64,000 bases of DNA, from the NCBI GenBank assembly GCA_951406725.2, contig OX597825.1, positions 45,446,001 to 45,510,000 of the forward strand, given 5' to 3'. The translations under genes and the position numbers were made by a program. Shown piece after piece: positions 36,935-49,567 of this stretch; positions within the stretch are counted from its first letter, which is position 1, and each line of letters starts with the position of its first letter. The notes under the pieces were generated by a model. The model saw only the letters and a program-made list of their open reading frames with translations. It had not been told where the DNA came from and searched no databases. The DNA comes from Octopus vulgaris. Taxonomy: Eukaryota.

Positions 36935-37554
36935 TATACATATTACATTATATTGAAATGCAAACTCAGTTGTAGCTGGTTCTTTATGCCAACCATTTTC
37001 CTTAAAAAGATTTGCATGGTGTGTATATTATCCATCCATCCATCCATCCACCCATACATATATGCATAAAATTGATTCTACTTTATATATAAAATGATTC
37101 TACCATTCATGTGTTGAATACATATACCAGCTTGGTGCCTGGTATGAATAAGACCACCAAAAACTGCAATATGAAAGATGCTCAAAAGAACAACCTCACT
37201 GCATCAACTATTGTACAGGTTAACAAGGAATATTTTCTGTTCTTAGGTAGAGGGTCCCATTCAAAAAATATATTGCAGTGCTGATACAACCAACAATAAG
37301 CTTGCAACTTGTTCTTGGAGGCACAGGGTAGGAGCACAGAGGATGCATGTCCCAGGACCTTGAAGCAGGTCCAAGAGGGATCAACCATTAATGATTTCAT
37401 ATTGAAATGTTATAATTCTTAGAGGCAAAGAGTAGAAACTGTTGCCAGAGAGATATAGTCAGTGTTACCTCTACAGTGTTCTGTGGGTCTGGTACCATAG
37501 ATTTGGATGGATGATGAATGAAACTCTACTGTTTGGGTGTGATGCCAATCACAA

Positions 37555-37874
37555 TATATAACTGGCTTCCATACTGGTGGCATGTAAAAAGCACCATTTG
37601 AGCGTGATCATTACCAGTGTCGCTTTACTGGCACACTTGCCGGTGGTACGTGAAAAAAACACCATTTGAGCATGGCCATTGCCAGTAGCACCTGATTGGC
37701 CCTCATGCTGGTGGCATGTAAAGGCACCCACTACACTCTTTGCATGGTTGGTGTTAGGAAGGGCATCAAGCTGTAGAAACTCTTCCAGATCAGATTGGAG
37801 CCTGGTGCAGCCATCTGGTGCAACATGGAAAACGGATGCTAAACGATGATGATATATATATATTTTTATATATA

Positions 37875-37919
<45 letters not shown>

Positions 37920-38241
37920 ATTTATTTATATATATATATATTTATATATAAATTAAATTAAAGATAAAACCACTATTAGGCAAATCAAACAGTGAAAAAC
38001 ATAAACCAAAACATAGAAATAAAATTAATTAATATAATATACAAATATATTGAGCATGGCCGTTGCCAGTAGCACCTGACTGGCCCTCATGCTGGTGGCA
38101 TGTAAAGGCACCCACTACACTCTTCGTGTGGTTGGCGTTAGGAAGGGCATCAAGCTGTAGAAACTCTTCCAGATCAGATTGGAGCCTGGTGCAGCCATCT
38201 GGGTTGCCAGTCACAGTCAAATCGTCCAACCCATGCTAGCA
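37555..38241 (+). mobile_element. Two RTE 3' UTR fragments (37555-37852, 38050-38241)
   Basis: Homologous to 11680-12020; separated by (TA)n and another short repeat. Confidence 0.75.
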
Positions 38242-41200
38242 TTTATATGAAGATGAGAAAACAGATGGGAGAGAAGGGTTTACGCATCCAAGATGGACAA
38301 ATAATCAAGTCCTACCTCTGGTCGCATGCTGTAGTGCTGACGGGGAAAGTGAATTGAGGGCGAATCGAAGTAAAGTAGATACCCCCGTCAACGATACCCC
38401 TTATTCTGCTTGTTCCCCAACTCCCGCCCCTCAAATTTCACAGCTCAGCATCGTCTATACCAACTCGTGCTCCTTATTTCCAAAGTTCAACAAACTATTT
38501 ACACTGGCCATATGTGACTCCCCTGATGTGATAGCTATCACCGAGACTTGGCTGACTCCAGCAGTAAAGCACTCAGAAATTCACCTACAGGGCTACGTCC
38601 TCTTCAGATGTGACAGAGAAAAAAGGCGAGGTGGAGGTGTTGCTGTGTATGTTAAATCTGATCACAAACCATCCAGCGGTATTCTACCCACTAATGCTCA
38701 ACCTACAACAAAATTCGATGCCGTCTATTGCAAGCTGAGCCTATCCGAGTTTTGCCTGCCCGCGTTAGCTGTCTACAGGCCGCCTCTTGCCGACCCCCAG
38801 GACGATGTTCATTTACTCGAAGCGATAAGATTCGTTTCAGCTTCTCGTGACTGTTTGATACTAGGTGACTTCAACGCTCCCACGATCGATTGGCCCGCAT
38901 CAATTTGTACATCATCATCCCGGTTCGGCTAGGCCCTTCTTGACGTGGCTGAAGATTGTTTTCTATTGCAACATGTTGAATATCCGACAAGGCATTGGTT
39001 TAGTCAGCAGCCATCTATGCTGGATCTGGTATTCTCCCGCTATCCAAGATCAGTGTCAGACGTATCTGTGTGCGCCCCTCTTGCCAAGAGTGATCATGCG
39101 GTCCTGAAGTTCGTCATGCACACAACTTTTTCTACGCCCACGACTACTTCGCTGCCACGTAGAGTCTTCTCTGCAATTAATCTTGAAATTCTAACCGAGG
39201 CTTCCGCGCTTCTGGACTGGCGATCCCTGATGACGTCCTCAGTTGACGAACTATGGTCATCCCTCAAAGCATATGTAATCTGGTTGACTGACCAGGCAGT
39301 TCCCGCTGGGCTTCCCAAGAAGAAGAAACACAAGGCCTGGGTGACGAAGAAGGTTAAATGAGAACTTCGACTCAGAGATATTGCTTGGGCTGAATTCAAA
39401 AATCTGGATTCGACTGCAGCTTTTGAGGTGTACAAAACTCAACGAGACCGAGCCGTGAAAATTGAAAAGGAAGAACGCTTCAGTTATGAATACAAAATCG
39501 CGGCAAATGCCAGTAGCAATCCAAAAACCTTCTTTGCCCATGTCCAACGGAATTCCCGCTTGAACAACCAGATTGCAACGTTGGTAGACTCAACAGGCGT
39601 ATCGATTGAGGACCTTTATCAACAGAGTCAATTATTTGCTGAGGCTTTTTCAACTATTTTCAAACAAGATGATGGTCGTGAACCCCCTCCATTTGATAGA
39701 TTGGTACCTCCAATGCTTCGATTGGTCATCACGCGGGACGAAGTCAAACGTGTTATTCAAGGCCTCGATGTCAACAAGGGTCATGGCCCTGACGGCATAC
39801 ACCCACAGGTTATCAAAGTGTTGGCTCCGGTCATCTGCGAGCCCTTAACACGTCTATTCAATATGTCATTGGCGACAGGTGTTATACCTGCGGACTGGAG
39901 AACAGCGATAATCTGCCCAATTTTCAAGAAAGGGAGCCACGAAGACCCGCTTAACTACCGACCAGTTTCCCTTACATCAATAATCAGCAAGATGTTTGAA
40001 ACCATCCTTAAGAAAAGTATGATGCTCCACCTCCAAAACACAGCCTCTATCTCTGATTCCCAACACGGCTTCGTGCCGAAGAGGTCATACTTGACCAACT
40101 TACTGGTAATGAAAGAATTGGTGACGCGCATCCTCGATGATAGTGATGCTGTTGACATCGTTTTATTGGACTTTGCCAAAGCTTTTGACTCGGTAAACCA
40201 CCACCTATTACTTGTCAAGCTTCAAGCTTATAGTTTCCATCCGGATATTGTACGATGGGTTGGTGCCTTCCTCTCAGATCGCTCCTTCCAAGTCCAAGTT
40301 AATGGTTCGCAGTCCGACGTCTCCAGTGCGAGCAGTGGCGTGCCTCAAGGTTCAGTGCTTGGGCCCTTATTGTTCTTAGTCTTCATAAATGACTTGCCCG
40401 ACGACCTCACGCAACACACCCTTCTATTTGCCGACGATGTCAAACTGGTCGCTCCTCGCGGTGATATAGAGGATCTTCGTCGATGCCTCCACCAAATTTG
40501 GAGGTGGTCTAACGAATGGGACCTGTGTCTGAACGTGTCAAAGTGCTGTCATCTGCCTGTTGGCTCTCCTCCTGCAACTCAACTTGATTTCGAGCCGGGT
40601 CGTCTGCTGCTGGAGAGGACCGTTCAGGTAAGGGACCTGGGTATCTTGGTGGATTCCTCCTTTTTGCCTTCGGCCCAGTGCGTCTATGCTGCCAACAAAG
40701 CACGCGGAATTCTGTTCTTGATTCGACGGTCATTCGGAATGATCACAGCAGCCATATTCCTACCACTCTATGTCACGCTGGTGAGACCCATATTGGAGTA
40801 CGGGATTCAAGCCTCTTCTCCTTATCTTTTCAAAGACATACAGCATCTCGAAAGAGTCCAGAAGCTGGCTACCCGCATAGTTCATGGTCTCGAAAATTTG
40901 TCCTATGAAGAAAGGCTGAGGACGCTCGACCTTTATTCTCTAGAAAAACACCACCGCCGTGGTGATCTCATTCTCGCCCACAACATCATAAGCGGAAAGT
41001 GTAACCTCTCGATAGAGCTGTTCTTCACTCCTGCTCCAGAGCATCGGCTGCGGGGTCATTCCGAAAAGCTCTACCTGTGATGATTTCATCTCAATTGAAG
41101 GAGAGGAGCTTTCTCCGTCCGGGTTGTGGATCCGTGGAACAAGCTGCCAGACGAGATGGTGAAGATGCTGACGACCGCTTTGTTCAAAGCCTCCTTTGAC

Positions 41201-41308
41201 CTCAAGTGGCCTGAACTCTTTACATGAACACCACCCTGTACTTAACTCCATGTCCCCCTACATGGCCTTGCTATTTGCTTTTGAGCCAAATTAACTAACT
41301 AACTAACT

Positions 41309-41311
<3 letters not shown>
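38242..41311 (+). mobile_element. CR1-group LINE, ORF2 (APE + RT) with in-frame stops, 5'-truncated
   Basis: ORFs 38354, 38945 and 39428 are all in one frame. APE motifs ITETWL, GGGVAVYV, ILGDFN, LDLVFS, SDH; RT motifs [32 protein letters not shown]; CR1-like RGHSEKL...WNKLP; (CTAA)n tail. Confidence 0.92.
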
Positions 41312-41365
<54 letters not shown>

Positions 41366-41394
41366 TTATATATATATATTTCTATATTTATATT

Positions 41395-41548
41395 GAGTGG
41401 TTGGCGTTAGGAAGGGCATCCAGCTGTAGAAACACTGCCACATCTGACTGGCCTGGTGCAGCCTTCGGGCTTCCCAGACCCCAGTTGAACCGTCCAACCC
41501 ATGCTAGCATGGAAAGCGGACGTTAAACGATGATGATGATGATGATGA
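41395..41548 (+). mobile_element. RTE 3' end fragment
   Basis: GAGTGGTTGGCGTTAGGAAGGGC...GGACGTTAAAC(GAT)n. Confidence 0.8.
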
Positions 41549-41586
41549 TATATTTCTATATTTATATATATATTTATATTTATATA

Positions 41587-44500
41587 TCTCTCTATATATA
41601 AACGGCAGTTTGTCTGTGTGTGTTTCTTGTGTCTGTTTGCTTGTACCCTCACTCTGACCACGGCTTTCAACCGATTCTGATGAAACTTGACACACACATA
41701 GCCCAATGTCATAATTCAAAACTAACGCAGCGAAAATTTTGAAAAGTTCCCCCAGTTCTGAAAAAAATTGATACATTCGACATGGGGTCGACAATCAGAA
41801 ACACAAACCACAGACTGTCTAGGGGACGCAACTCGAGAATCTAAGCTTTTTATATGCAACGCATTATCTATGGTAGTTTTCGCAACTTGCAATCGATTTT
41901 CACAAAACTCATGGGGAAGCTTAATGTTACCCTAAGAAACTCAATTCTGACGTTAGTTTTCCATGCAATACCTTACCATCAGAAACAATCGATAAAATCA
42001 TGCCATTTTGGGAAATCGCGTTCAAATTCAAGATGACATATTTTCGACAATATCTTTCACAAATTGGCAGGAATTTTTTTTTTTATTCACAACGAGCATC
42101 ATGTCTGCTCCAAGGAGCTATATAGCCCTTTTTATTCCAATAGGATACATTATTGGAAAAAATCGGTTAATTAAATCATATGTGGCACACATAGCAAACC
42201 AATTTGTGTATTAAACACAAACCAGACTGTCTAGGGGACGCAACTCGACCTTTTTAGCTATCGATAATTCGATCCAACCAATTCCTACCAGGAAGAAATT
42301 ACATTCGAGACTTTACCCCCAACACTTCTGCTAATAGCTGCTGCAGCCGCAAGTTATTCGAATACTTTTTTTGTTTACACTTTCTTTATAACTACCACCC
42401 CAAACGTTTTACCTTAAATTTTTGACGTACCCTAACAGTCCTCGGACGCTACTTGCAAACTCTTGGTTTATTATAAACCGCTTTTGTCATGTGCATCAAA
42501 AAACCTTTTCCTTTCGTTTGTTCAGTTTGGTCACTTTTGACTTTTTCGTTGTTGTCACTCACATTGCTGCCTGCTTTTTTGCCGTTTTTGTACATTTTTT
42601 TACATTTTGGGATACTTACCCCACGAGCTCCTTTTTATTACACCTTTACCAAACACATTGCTATCCACCAAAATACTTACCCCACGTGTTCCTTTTTATT
42701 ATACCTTTGCCAAACACATTGCTATCCACCAAAATGCCACCCAAGAAGAGAAGGACCCTCCTCAGCCCTCGGACGGCCAAGGCATCGGCTGCTAGGGCTA
42801 GAAGGGCACGCGAGACCCACGAGGAAACTGCCTTGCGCCTCTCGCAAACAGCTTCCCGTTCTGCCGCTGCTCAGGCATCTGAAACTACTAGCGACCGTTC
42901 TACCCGACTTGCAAGGGTCGCAGCGTACAGATCTTCCCTCCGGTCGAGGTTGACGAAAGAGCAACAGTCCAGCCAAAACATGCGGGCTTCTTCCTGTGCT
43001 TCCATCCGCAGAGCTCGCGAGAACCCCGAACAAAGGGCCATTCGGAATGCGGCTAACGCCACTAGCACCGCCAGGACACGATCTGTCGAAACCTCACAGC
43101 AGAGGAGAACTCGCCAAGATGCTGACGCCGCAAACAAAGCCATGGCCCAATCTGCCGAAACACCTCAACAGAGGAGAGCTCGCCAAGCTGCTAACGCCGC
43201 AAACACAGCCATGGCTCGATCTGCCGAAACTCCACACCAACGAACTATTCGGACATCCAGAAATGCCATTAACACTGCTTCTGCTAGGGCTTCAGAGGGT
43301 GCTGAGGCGAGAGCTGAAAGGCTTTCAAGGGATGCCACTGCTACCGCTGTCGCACGTGCATCTGAATCTGCTGAGGCTCGACTTGAGAGTATCAACAAAC
43401 GTCGGGATATCATTCGTTGTGTACGTACCCCTGCCCCCGCTTTCTGGTTGTCACTAGCATTCAACTACGACGCCACAATTAACTTCTCCTTGCGTGACGA
43501 CATCAAGATAGGGTCAATGACAATTGTATGCCAGTTTTGCTAAGCCAAGAAATGGCACGGAGAGCCACCTGGTTTGTGCTGCTCTGGTGGCAAAGTGGAC
43601 CTGCCACCCCTACGGGAACCACCTCAACCACTGAAGGATCTCGCGGCGGGTTTAACCCCCGAATCATCATAATTCCTTGAAATAATTCGAAGGTACAACT
43701 GCTCATTCCAAATGACCTCTTTCGGGGCCAAAATTCCTCTTAGAGAAGGCTGGATGCCTACTTTCAAAGTGCAGGGACAGGTCTACCATCTTATTGGGTC
43801 ACTTCTGCCAGACGAGATTCAGCAGTCTTCTTTCCTCCAAATATACTTCATTGCCGACTACAACCAGCAGGTTGATGCACGCCTTGGAATAATACCGGGT
43901 ACAAGCTATGTTCCCCGCAAAGACATTCTTCTCCGTCTCCAAACCATGCTTCATGATATCAACAGCTACGTCTGCAGCTTCAGATATGCCTTGGACAGTG
44001 CTCCATCTCCAAACTTCACCGTTGTCATTGATGCTGATAAACGACCCCACAGGGAGCACGAACGCTGTTTCAACGCACCTGCGTGCAACGAAATTGCTGC
44101 AGTCATACACGGAGGAGAGCAACACAACAGCCGTGACATAATCATCTCCTCCCGTGGTAACAGCCTACACAGGATCAGCGAGACTCACAGATCTTATGAC
44201 GTGCTTCAGTATCCATTGCTTTTCCCTTATGGGGAAGACGGCTACCACTTCGGAATTCCTTTACAGCAGCCCTCCAATCAAACTACTGCGGCATCAAAGA
44301 CGGTTTCCTGCAGGGCGTTCTACTCATATCGGTTCATGGTCAGGGAGGGTGAGTTCAGCTTATTGCCCCGTTGTCGTCAGCTATTCAACCAGTTCGCCGT
44401 CGACATGGCCGCCAAAATGGAATCAGAAAGGCTGCTATACATTAAACTTAATCAGACCAAACTTCGCTCCGACTCCTACATTCACCTCCGTGACGGCTTG

Positions 44501-47500
44501 CAACAAGAAAATGACCCTCGCAACATCGGCAAGCCATGCATTCTACCCTCCACCTTCACGGGAGGACCGCGATATATGCGTGAAAGGACCCAAGACGCCT
44601 TGACCTACGTGCGCATTTACGGCCGGCTGGACCTCTTTATCACCTACACGTGCAATCCCAGCTGCGACGAAATCACTCGCGAACTCCTCCCGGGTCAATC
44701 TCACACCCATCGACACGACATCGTTGCTAGGGTTTTCGGTCTGAATTTGGGCAAAATGAAGGATTTGATAGTTAAGGGTCAGATTTTCGGGCATGTCAGG
44801 TGCCACATGTTTTCGGTTGAGTGGCAAAAGAGGGGCTTGCCACATGCTCACATCTTAATTTGGCTAACTCATAAAATCGAGACTAATGATATTGACAAAT
44901 TCATTTCCGCCGAAATTCCTGACCCCGATGAGGACCCCGAACCCTACGAAATTGCCCGCACTACCATGGTACACGGGCCCTGTGGACCAAATTACGCCAA
45001 CACACCATGCTGCAACAACGGATTAGCCTGCTCAAAGGGATTCCCTAAACGGTTCACTTTGGAGACTCAAACAGGCGGCGATGGGTATCCTCTGTACAAA
45101 CGAAGGAGTCCAGCCAATGGAGGCCGCACGATTACGGTTGGGCGACATCAAGTGGACAACAGCTACATTGTCCCCTACTGTCCTCTCCTGTCGAAGATAT
45201 TCAAAGCCCACGTCAACGTTGAGTTCTTCAGCTCCATCAGGTCAATACAATATGTCTGCAAATATATCAACAAAGGCAGCGATGCTGCCATGTTCAGCAT
45301 CCAGAGGACCACCAGTTGCGACGAAGTGTCCAACTACTTGGCTGGCCGGTACCTCAGCAGCAACGAAGCGTTTTGGCGCATTTACGGCTTCCCGCTCCAT
45401 CAGAGACACCCGGCTGTGGTGCAGCTTGCTGTACACTTGGAAAATGGACAGCGGATTTACTTCACAGAGCAAAGTGCTGTGCAGATAGCCACCAGCCCTA
45501 AAGACACAACGTTGACTGGTTTCTTCAAATTATGCCAACGTGATGACTTCGCTCGAACGCTTTTGTACCCACAGGTCCCATCGTACTTCGTGTGGTCTAA
45601 AAACACCTGGGTTTGACGGAAATCCGGCAAAAACGTTGAAGGCTTCCCAGGTGTCAAGTTTGACTCCTGCCTGGGTCGAGTTTACAACATCCCGCCAAAC
45701 CAGCAAGAATGCTTCTACCTCCGTCTCCTTCTACATGAGGTCACTGGTCCAACAGGTTTCGGCAATATACGTACCGTCAATGGGGTTCTGTGCGACACCT
45801 TCAGGGAAGCATGTATGAGACTTGGCCTTCTAGAGGATGACTCCCAGTGGGACGCCACGATGGCAGAGGGCGCTTTACTGCAAACGCCTTCGGCCCTACG
45901 ACATCTTTTCGCAATCCTTCTTCAAAAATATCAGCTTAGTGACCCACTAAGTCTCTGGATGAAATACAGGGATGACATGTCGCACGACTTCTTACGTACG
46001 GCTCAGCAACACTGCCCTTCCGCCGAGATCACGTTCACCAACTTCATTTACAATTTTGCGCTCATTCAACTCGAAGACGCTGTCATCGATATGGGTGGGT
46101 CTGCTTTAACAGAGTACGGCCTTCCACCACCCACACGTGAACACGCCAATTTTATGTCTGCTGAATTGTTACGCGAAAATTCCTACTGCATTGAGGAACT
46201 GCACTAGTACGTCCAAGATAATGAACCACGGCTGCTTCCAGACCAGTGCATAGCCTACAACACCATCGTAGACTCTGTCAGACAGCAACGTGGGGGGATC
46301 TTCTTCCTTGATGCACCCGGCGGCACTGGCAAAACCTTCGTCACTAAACTAATTCTGGCGGAGGTCAGACGCAACACGGACATTGCCCTGGCTGTAGCTT
46401 CCTCTGGTATCGCGGCCACGTTGCTTCCGGGTGGCAGAACCACCCACTCTGCCTTCAGACTCCCGCTTGATCTGGCAAAGTCCGAGTCACCTATCTGCAA
46501 CATCGCCAAGAACTCAGAACAGGCCGACATTCTGTGCAGATGCAAACTCATCGTATGGGATGAGTGCACTATGGCACACAAAGGCGCCCTTGAGGCACTG
46601 GACAGGTCCCTGCAAGACATCAGAGACTCTACGGCCCCCATGGGAGGATTAACTTTACTTCTTTCAGGAGACTTCAGGCAGACTCTACCTGTTATTCCAA
46701 AAGGAACCCGTGCCGATGCCGTGCGCGCGTGCCTTAAGTCGTCAGCTCTTTAGGTACATGTGCGGCCCTTGCACCTCCAAACTAACATGCGCGCGCAGTT
46801 GATTGGTGACAGCGGATCCGCTGCATTCTCCAGGGACCTCTTATCGCTCGGTGAAAATAGGATGCTGGCTGATGCGGATGGCTGCGTTCAATTGGACTCA
46901 CTTTGCACCATTGTCGACACCCCTGCTAGCCTCCGGGACGCTGTCTTCCACGACCTACAAAACAATTTACGCGACCTAAAATGGCTGGCAGGCAGAGCTA
47001 TTCTCGCACCCAAAAATACAACCGTCAACTCCATCAATATCCAGCTACTTGAAGCTATTCCTGGTGATGTCCACGTCTACAAATCTATAGATAGGACAGC
47101 AGACCCCGCCCAGCTTGCTGATTATCCTGTTGAATTCCTGAATTCACTTGAGCCGCCAGGCCTGCCGCCACACATCCTGAAGTTAAAAGTCGGTGCGCCC
47201 ATTATGCTCATCAGGAATTTGGTTCCACCTAAACAGTGCAACGGCACACGTTTGGTTGTGAAACATTTGGCACCACATTTAATAACGGCCACAATACTTA
47301 CCGGTTGTGGGAAGGGAGAGGACGTCTTCATTCCACGGATGCACCTTCAACCGTCGGGCGCTGACCTACCAATCCACTTCAGGCGTTCTCAGTTTCCTGT
47401 TAAACTCTGCTTCGCAATGTCCATCAATAAATCCCAAGGCCAAACGCTACAAGTCGCTGGGTTACATTTGGGCGATCAGTGCTTCGCCCACGGTCAACTC

Positions 47501-47720
47501 TACGTGGGTGTTCACGCGTTGGGAGGCGCAATGATGTTTTCATGTTTTCGCCCAAACGGACAGCTAGGAACATCGTATATACAGAAGTATTCGAGTGAAG
47601 ACAAGACATTGCAACGTCCACATGCACCTTCGTTCCTTGGAGGGAAAGGACTACATTGGGATTAGTCGTTGCCTACTAGGGGCTCTTACATACCCGGGCA
47701 ACGCCGGGCTATGCTGCTAG
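41587..47720 (+). mobile_element. Near-complete autonomous-type Helitron (~6.1 kb)
   Basis: 5' A|TC...TATATATAAA; 3' hairpin CCCGGGCAACGCCGGG then CTAG|T at 47717-47720; contains a Rep/Helicase ORF. Confidence 0.95.
42734..47598 (+). pseudogene. Helitron Rep/PIF1 helicase, intronless, ~1620 codons, 4 in-frame stops and 1 late frameshift
   Basis: MPPKKRR start and ~23-aa ET.QQRR.R repeats. Rep motifs DLFITYTCNP, VEWQKRGLPHAH (HUH) and YVCKYINKG; helicase motifs DAPGGTGKT, IVWDE, GDFRQ, SINKSQGQT, HGQLYV. Stops at 43541, 45614, 46205, 46751; 1-nt loss near 47510. Confidence 0.93.
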
Positions 47721-47749
47721 TTTATGTATATATTTATATATATATATAT

Positions 47750-47894
47750 AGGGTTTAGCAACAAGTTGCTTGACCATATACCGAAAATTTTTAGAAATAG
47801 CAGAAAAAGGAAATAGAAAAAGAAAATAGTAGTTCTTTGGCTGCTATTTCTAAAAATTTTCGGTATATGGTCAAGCAACTTGTTGCTAAACCCT
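47750..47894. repeat. Perfect 54 bp inverted repeat with 37 bp spacer
   Basis: 47750-47803 is the reverse complement of 47841-47894. Confidence 0.9.
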
Positions 47895-48038
47895 TATTGT
47901 TATATTTATGTTTAAAAAAATTTTTGTATAAGTTCTTACCGAATATGGTCCTTTTCCATACTGAAATACTACTACTAGGTGAAATTTGTTGATTTTATTA
48001 AATTAATTATCTTTCACCCTACATCTGTAATGTATATT

Positions 48039-48068
<30 letters not shown>

Positions 48069-48069
<1 letters not shown>

Positions 48070-48285
48070 CATCATCATCATCATTTAGCGTCCGCTTTCC
48101 ATGCTAGCATGGGTTGGACGGTTCAACTGGGGTCTGTGAAGCCAGAAGGCTGCATCAGGCCCAGTCTGATCTGGCAGTGTTTCTACGGCTGGATGCCCTT
48201 CCTAACGCCAACCACTCCATGAGTGTAGTGGGTGCTTTTTACGTGCTACCCGCACAGGAGCCAGACGGAGCTGGCAAACGGCCAT
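48069..48285 (-). mobile_element. RTE 3' end fragment
   Basis: (CAT)n TTAGCGTCCGCTTTCCATGCTAGCATGGG... as in 5210-5400. Confidence 0.8.
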
Positions 48286-49189
48286 TATTCTATATTTAAC
48301 GAGACGTGAGGCTGATCGATAAAATTAGGGGGCGAGCTATAGGATTATATATATATTTAAACACAAGACATGAGACATCGATATATTCAGATGAACTATT
48401 GAATTATATATATATATATATATAACACGAGGCATGAGGCTGAAATAGACACAGTTATAACATAATAGAGATAAAGAGGGGTAATTAAAGAACAATCAAT
48501 TGCACAGAAATATTTCTGGTAAGTACGGGCTGAATTAAATTAAATTGCTTAGCTGGAATTCATTTTTCGGACGAAGTAGTCAGCAACAGTTTGAATCAAA
48601 GTGGGACCGTTATTATTATTCAGTCGCTATTGTATATGCATATAGGGAAGTGGGAGGTCGAGTGGCGATGGAAAGAGATGGAAAGACAATGTGAAGAGGA
48701 GATAGAGAAAAACATATCGAGAGGCGGGGTGGTCGTGGCCCGCGAAAAGTAGCAGCCATATATCTCTTCTCTATCTTCTCTATATATAAAACTGAATTGC
48801 GTTTTTACCGCTTGGATCGCTTTCAATGCCACTACATCCCGTCCGATTCGCTCCAAAATTTACAGGGACATGTAGAATGAGGTGACGATGCGCGTGGGCT
48901 ACCTTAGAAATCCCTATCTTAAAAGGTGTGGTTGCTAGGGGCCATCTTCCTCACTCACCCTATTTCCTCCTTTCCCTCTCTTACTCCTCTTCATAACTTT
49001 CAGAAGTCCACTACGGTTATTTAAAGTATCTGTCACTATCGCTATTTCCTTTCTTTTTCACTGACTCTGTTTCCTACCTTCCTATCACTTCGGCGGCGTT
49101 CTTTTAAGTATACTGTATGTCTGTCACCAACAAACAACACACGAGCATGAGAACAAATATTATGAATCAGATATTCTTGCGTTCATTTA

Positions 49190-49420
49190 TATGTGTGTGT
49201 GTGTGTTCTATATATATATATGTATATATAATGTATGTGCGTGTGTGTGTGTGTTCTATATATAAATATGTATATATAATGTATGTGTGTGTGTGTGTGT
49301 GTTCTATATATAAATATGTATATATAATGTATGTGTGTGTGTGTTCTATATATAAATATGTATATATAATGTATGTGTGTGTGTGTGTTCTATATATAAA
49401 TATGTATATATAATGTATAT
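49190..49420 (+). repeat. Minisatellite, ~45-50 bp unit, ~5 copies
   Basis: (GT)n-TCTATATATAAATATGTATATATAATGTAT repeated. Confidence 0.8.
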
Positions 49421-49567
49421 ATACAAAGTGTATATATCTGTATTTATGTATATTAAACTTTTTCATACTTTTTCATAGTTATATATATTTTTAAACAAAT
49501 TATAAATATAATTTAATAATTTTTATTTTCAATTTAAATAATTTAAAGTTTTCAATTTTATATTTTA

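Noticed and set aside
32000-38200. AAGAB exon 3
   Set aside because: I found no AG-flanked frame resembling the expected W...P.V.ILVC segment by eye.
43541-46753. Programmed stop read-through or RNA-editing rescue of the Helitron ORF
   Set aside because: The stops are of mixed type (TAA, TGA, TAG) and a frameshift is also present; ordinary mutational decay is simpler.
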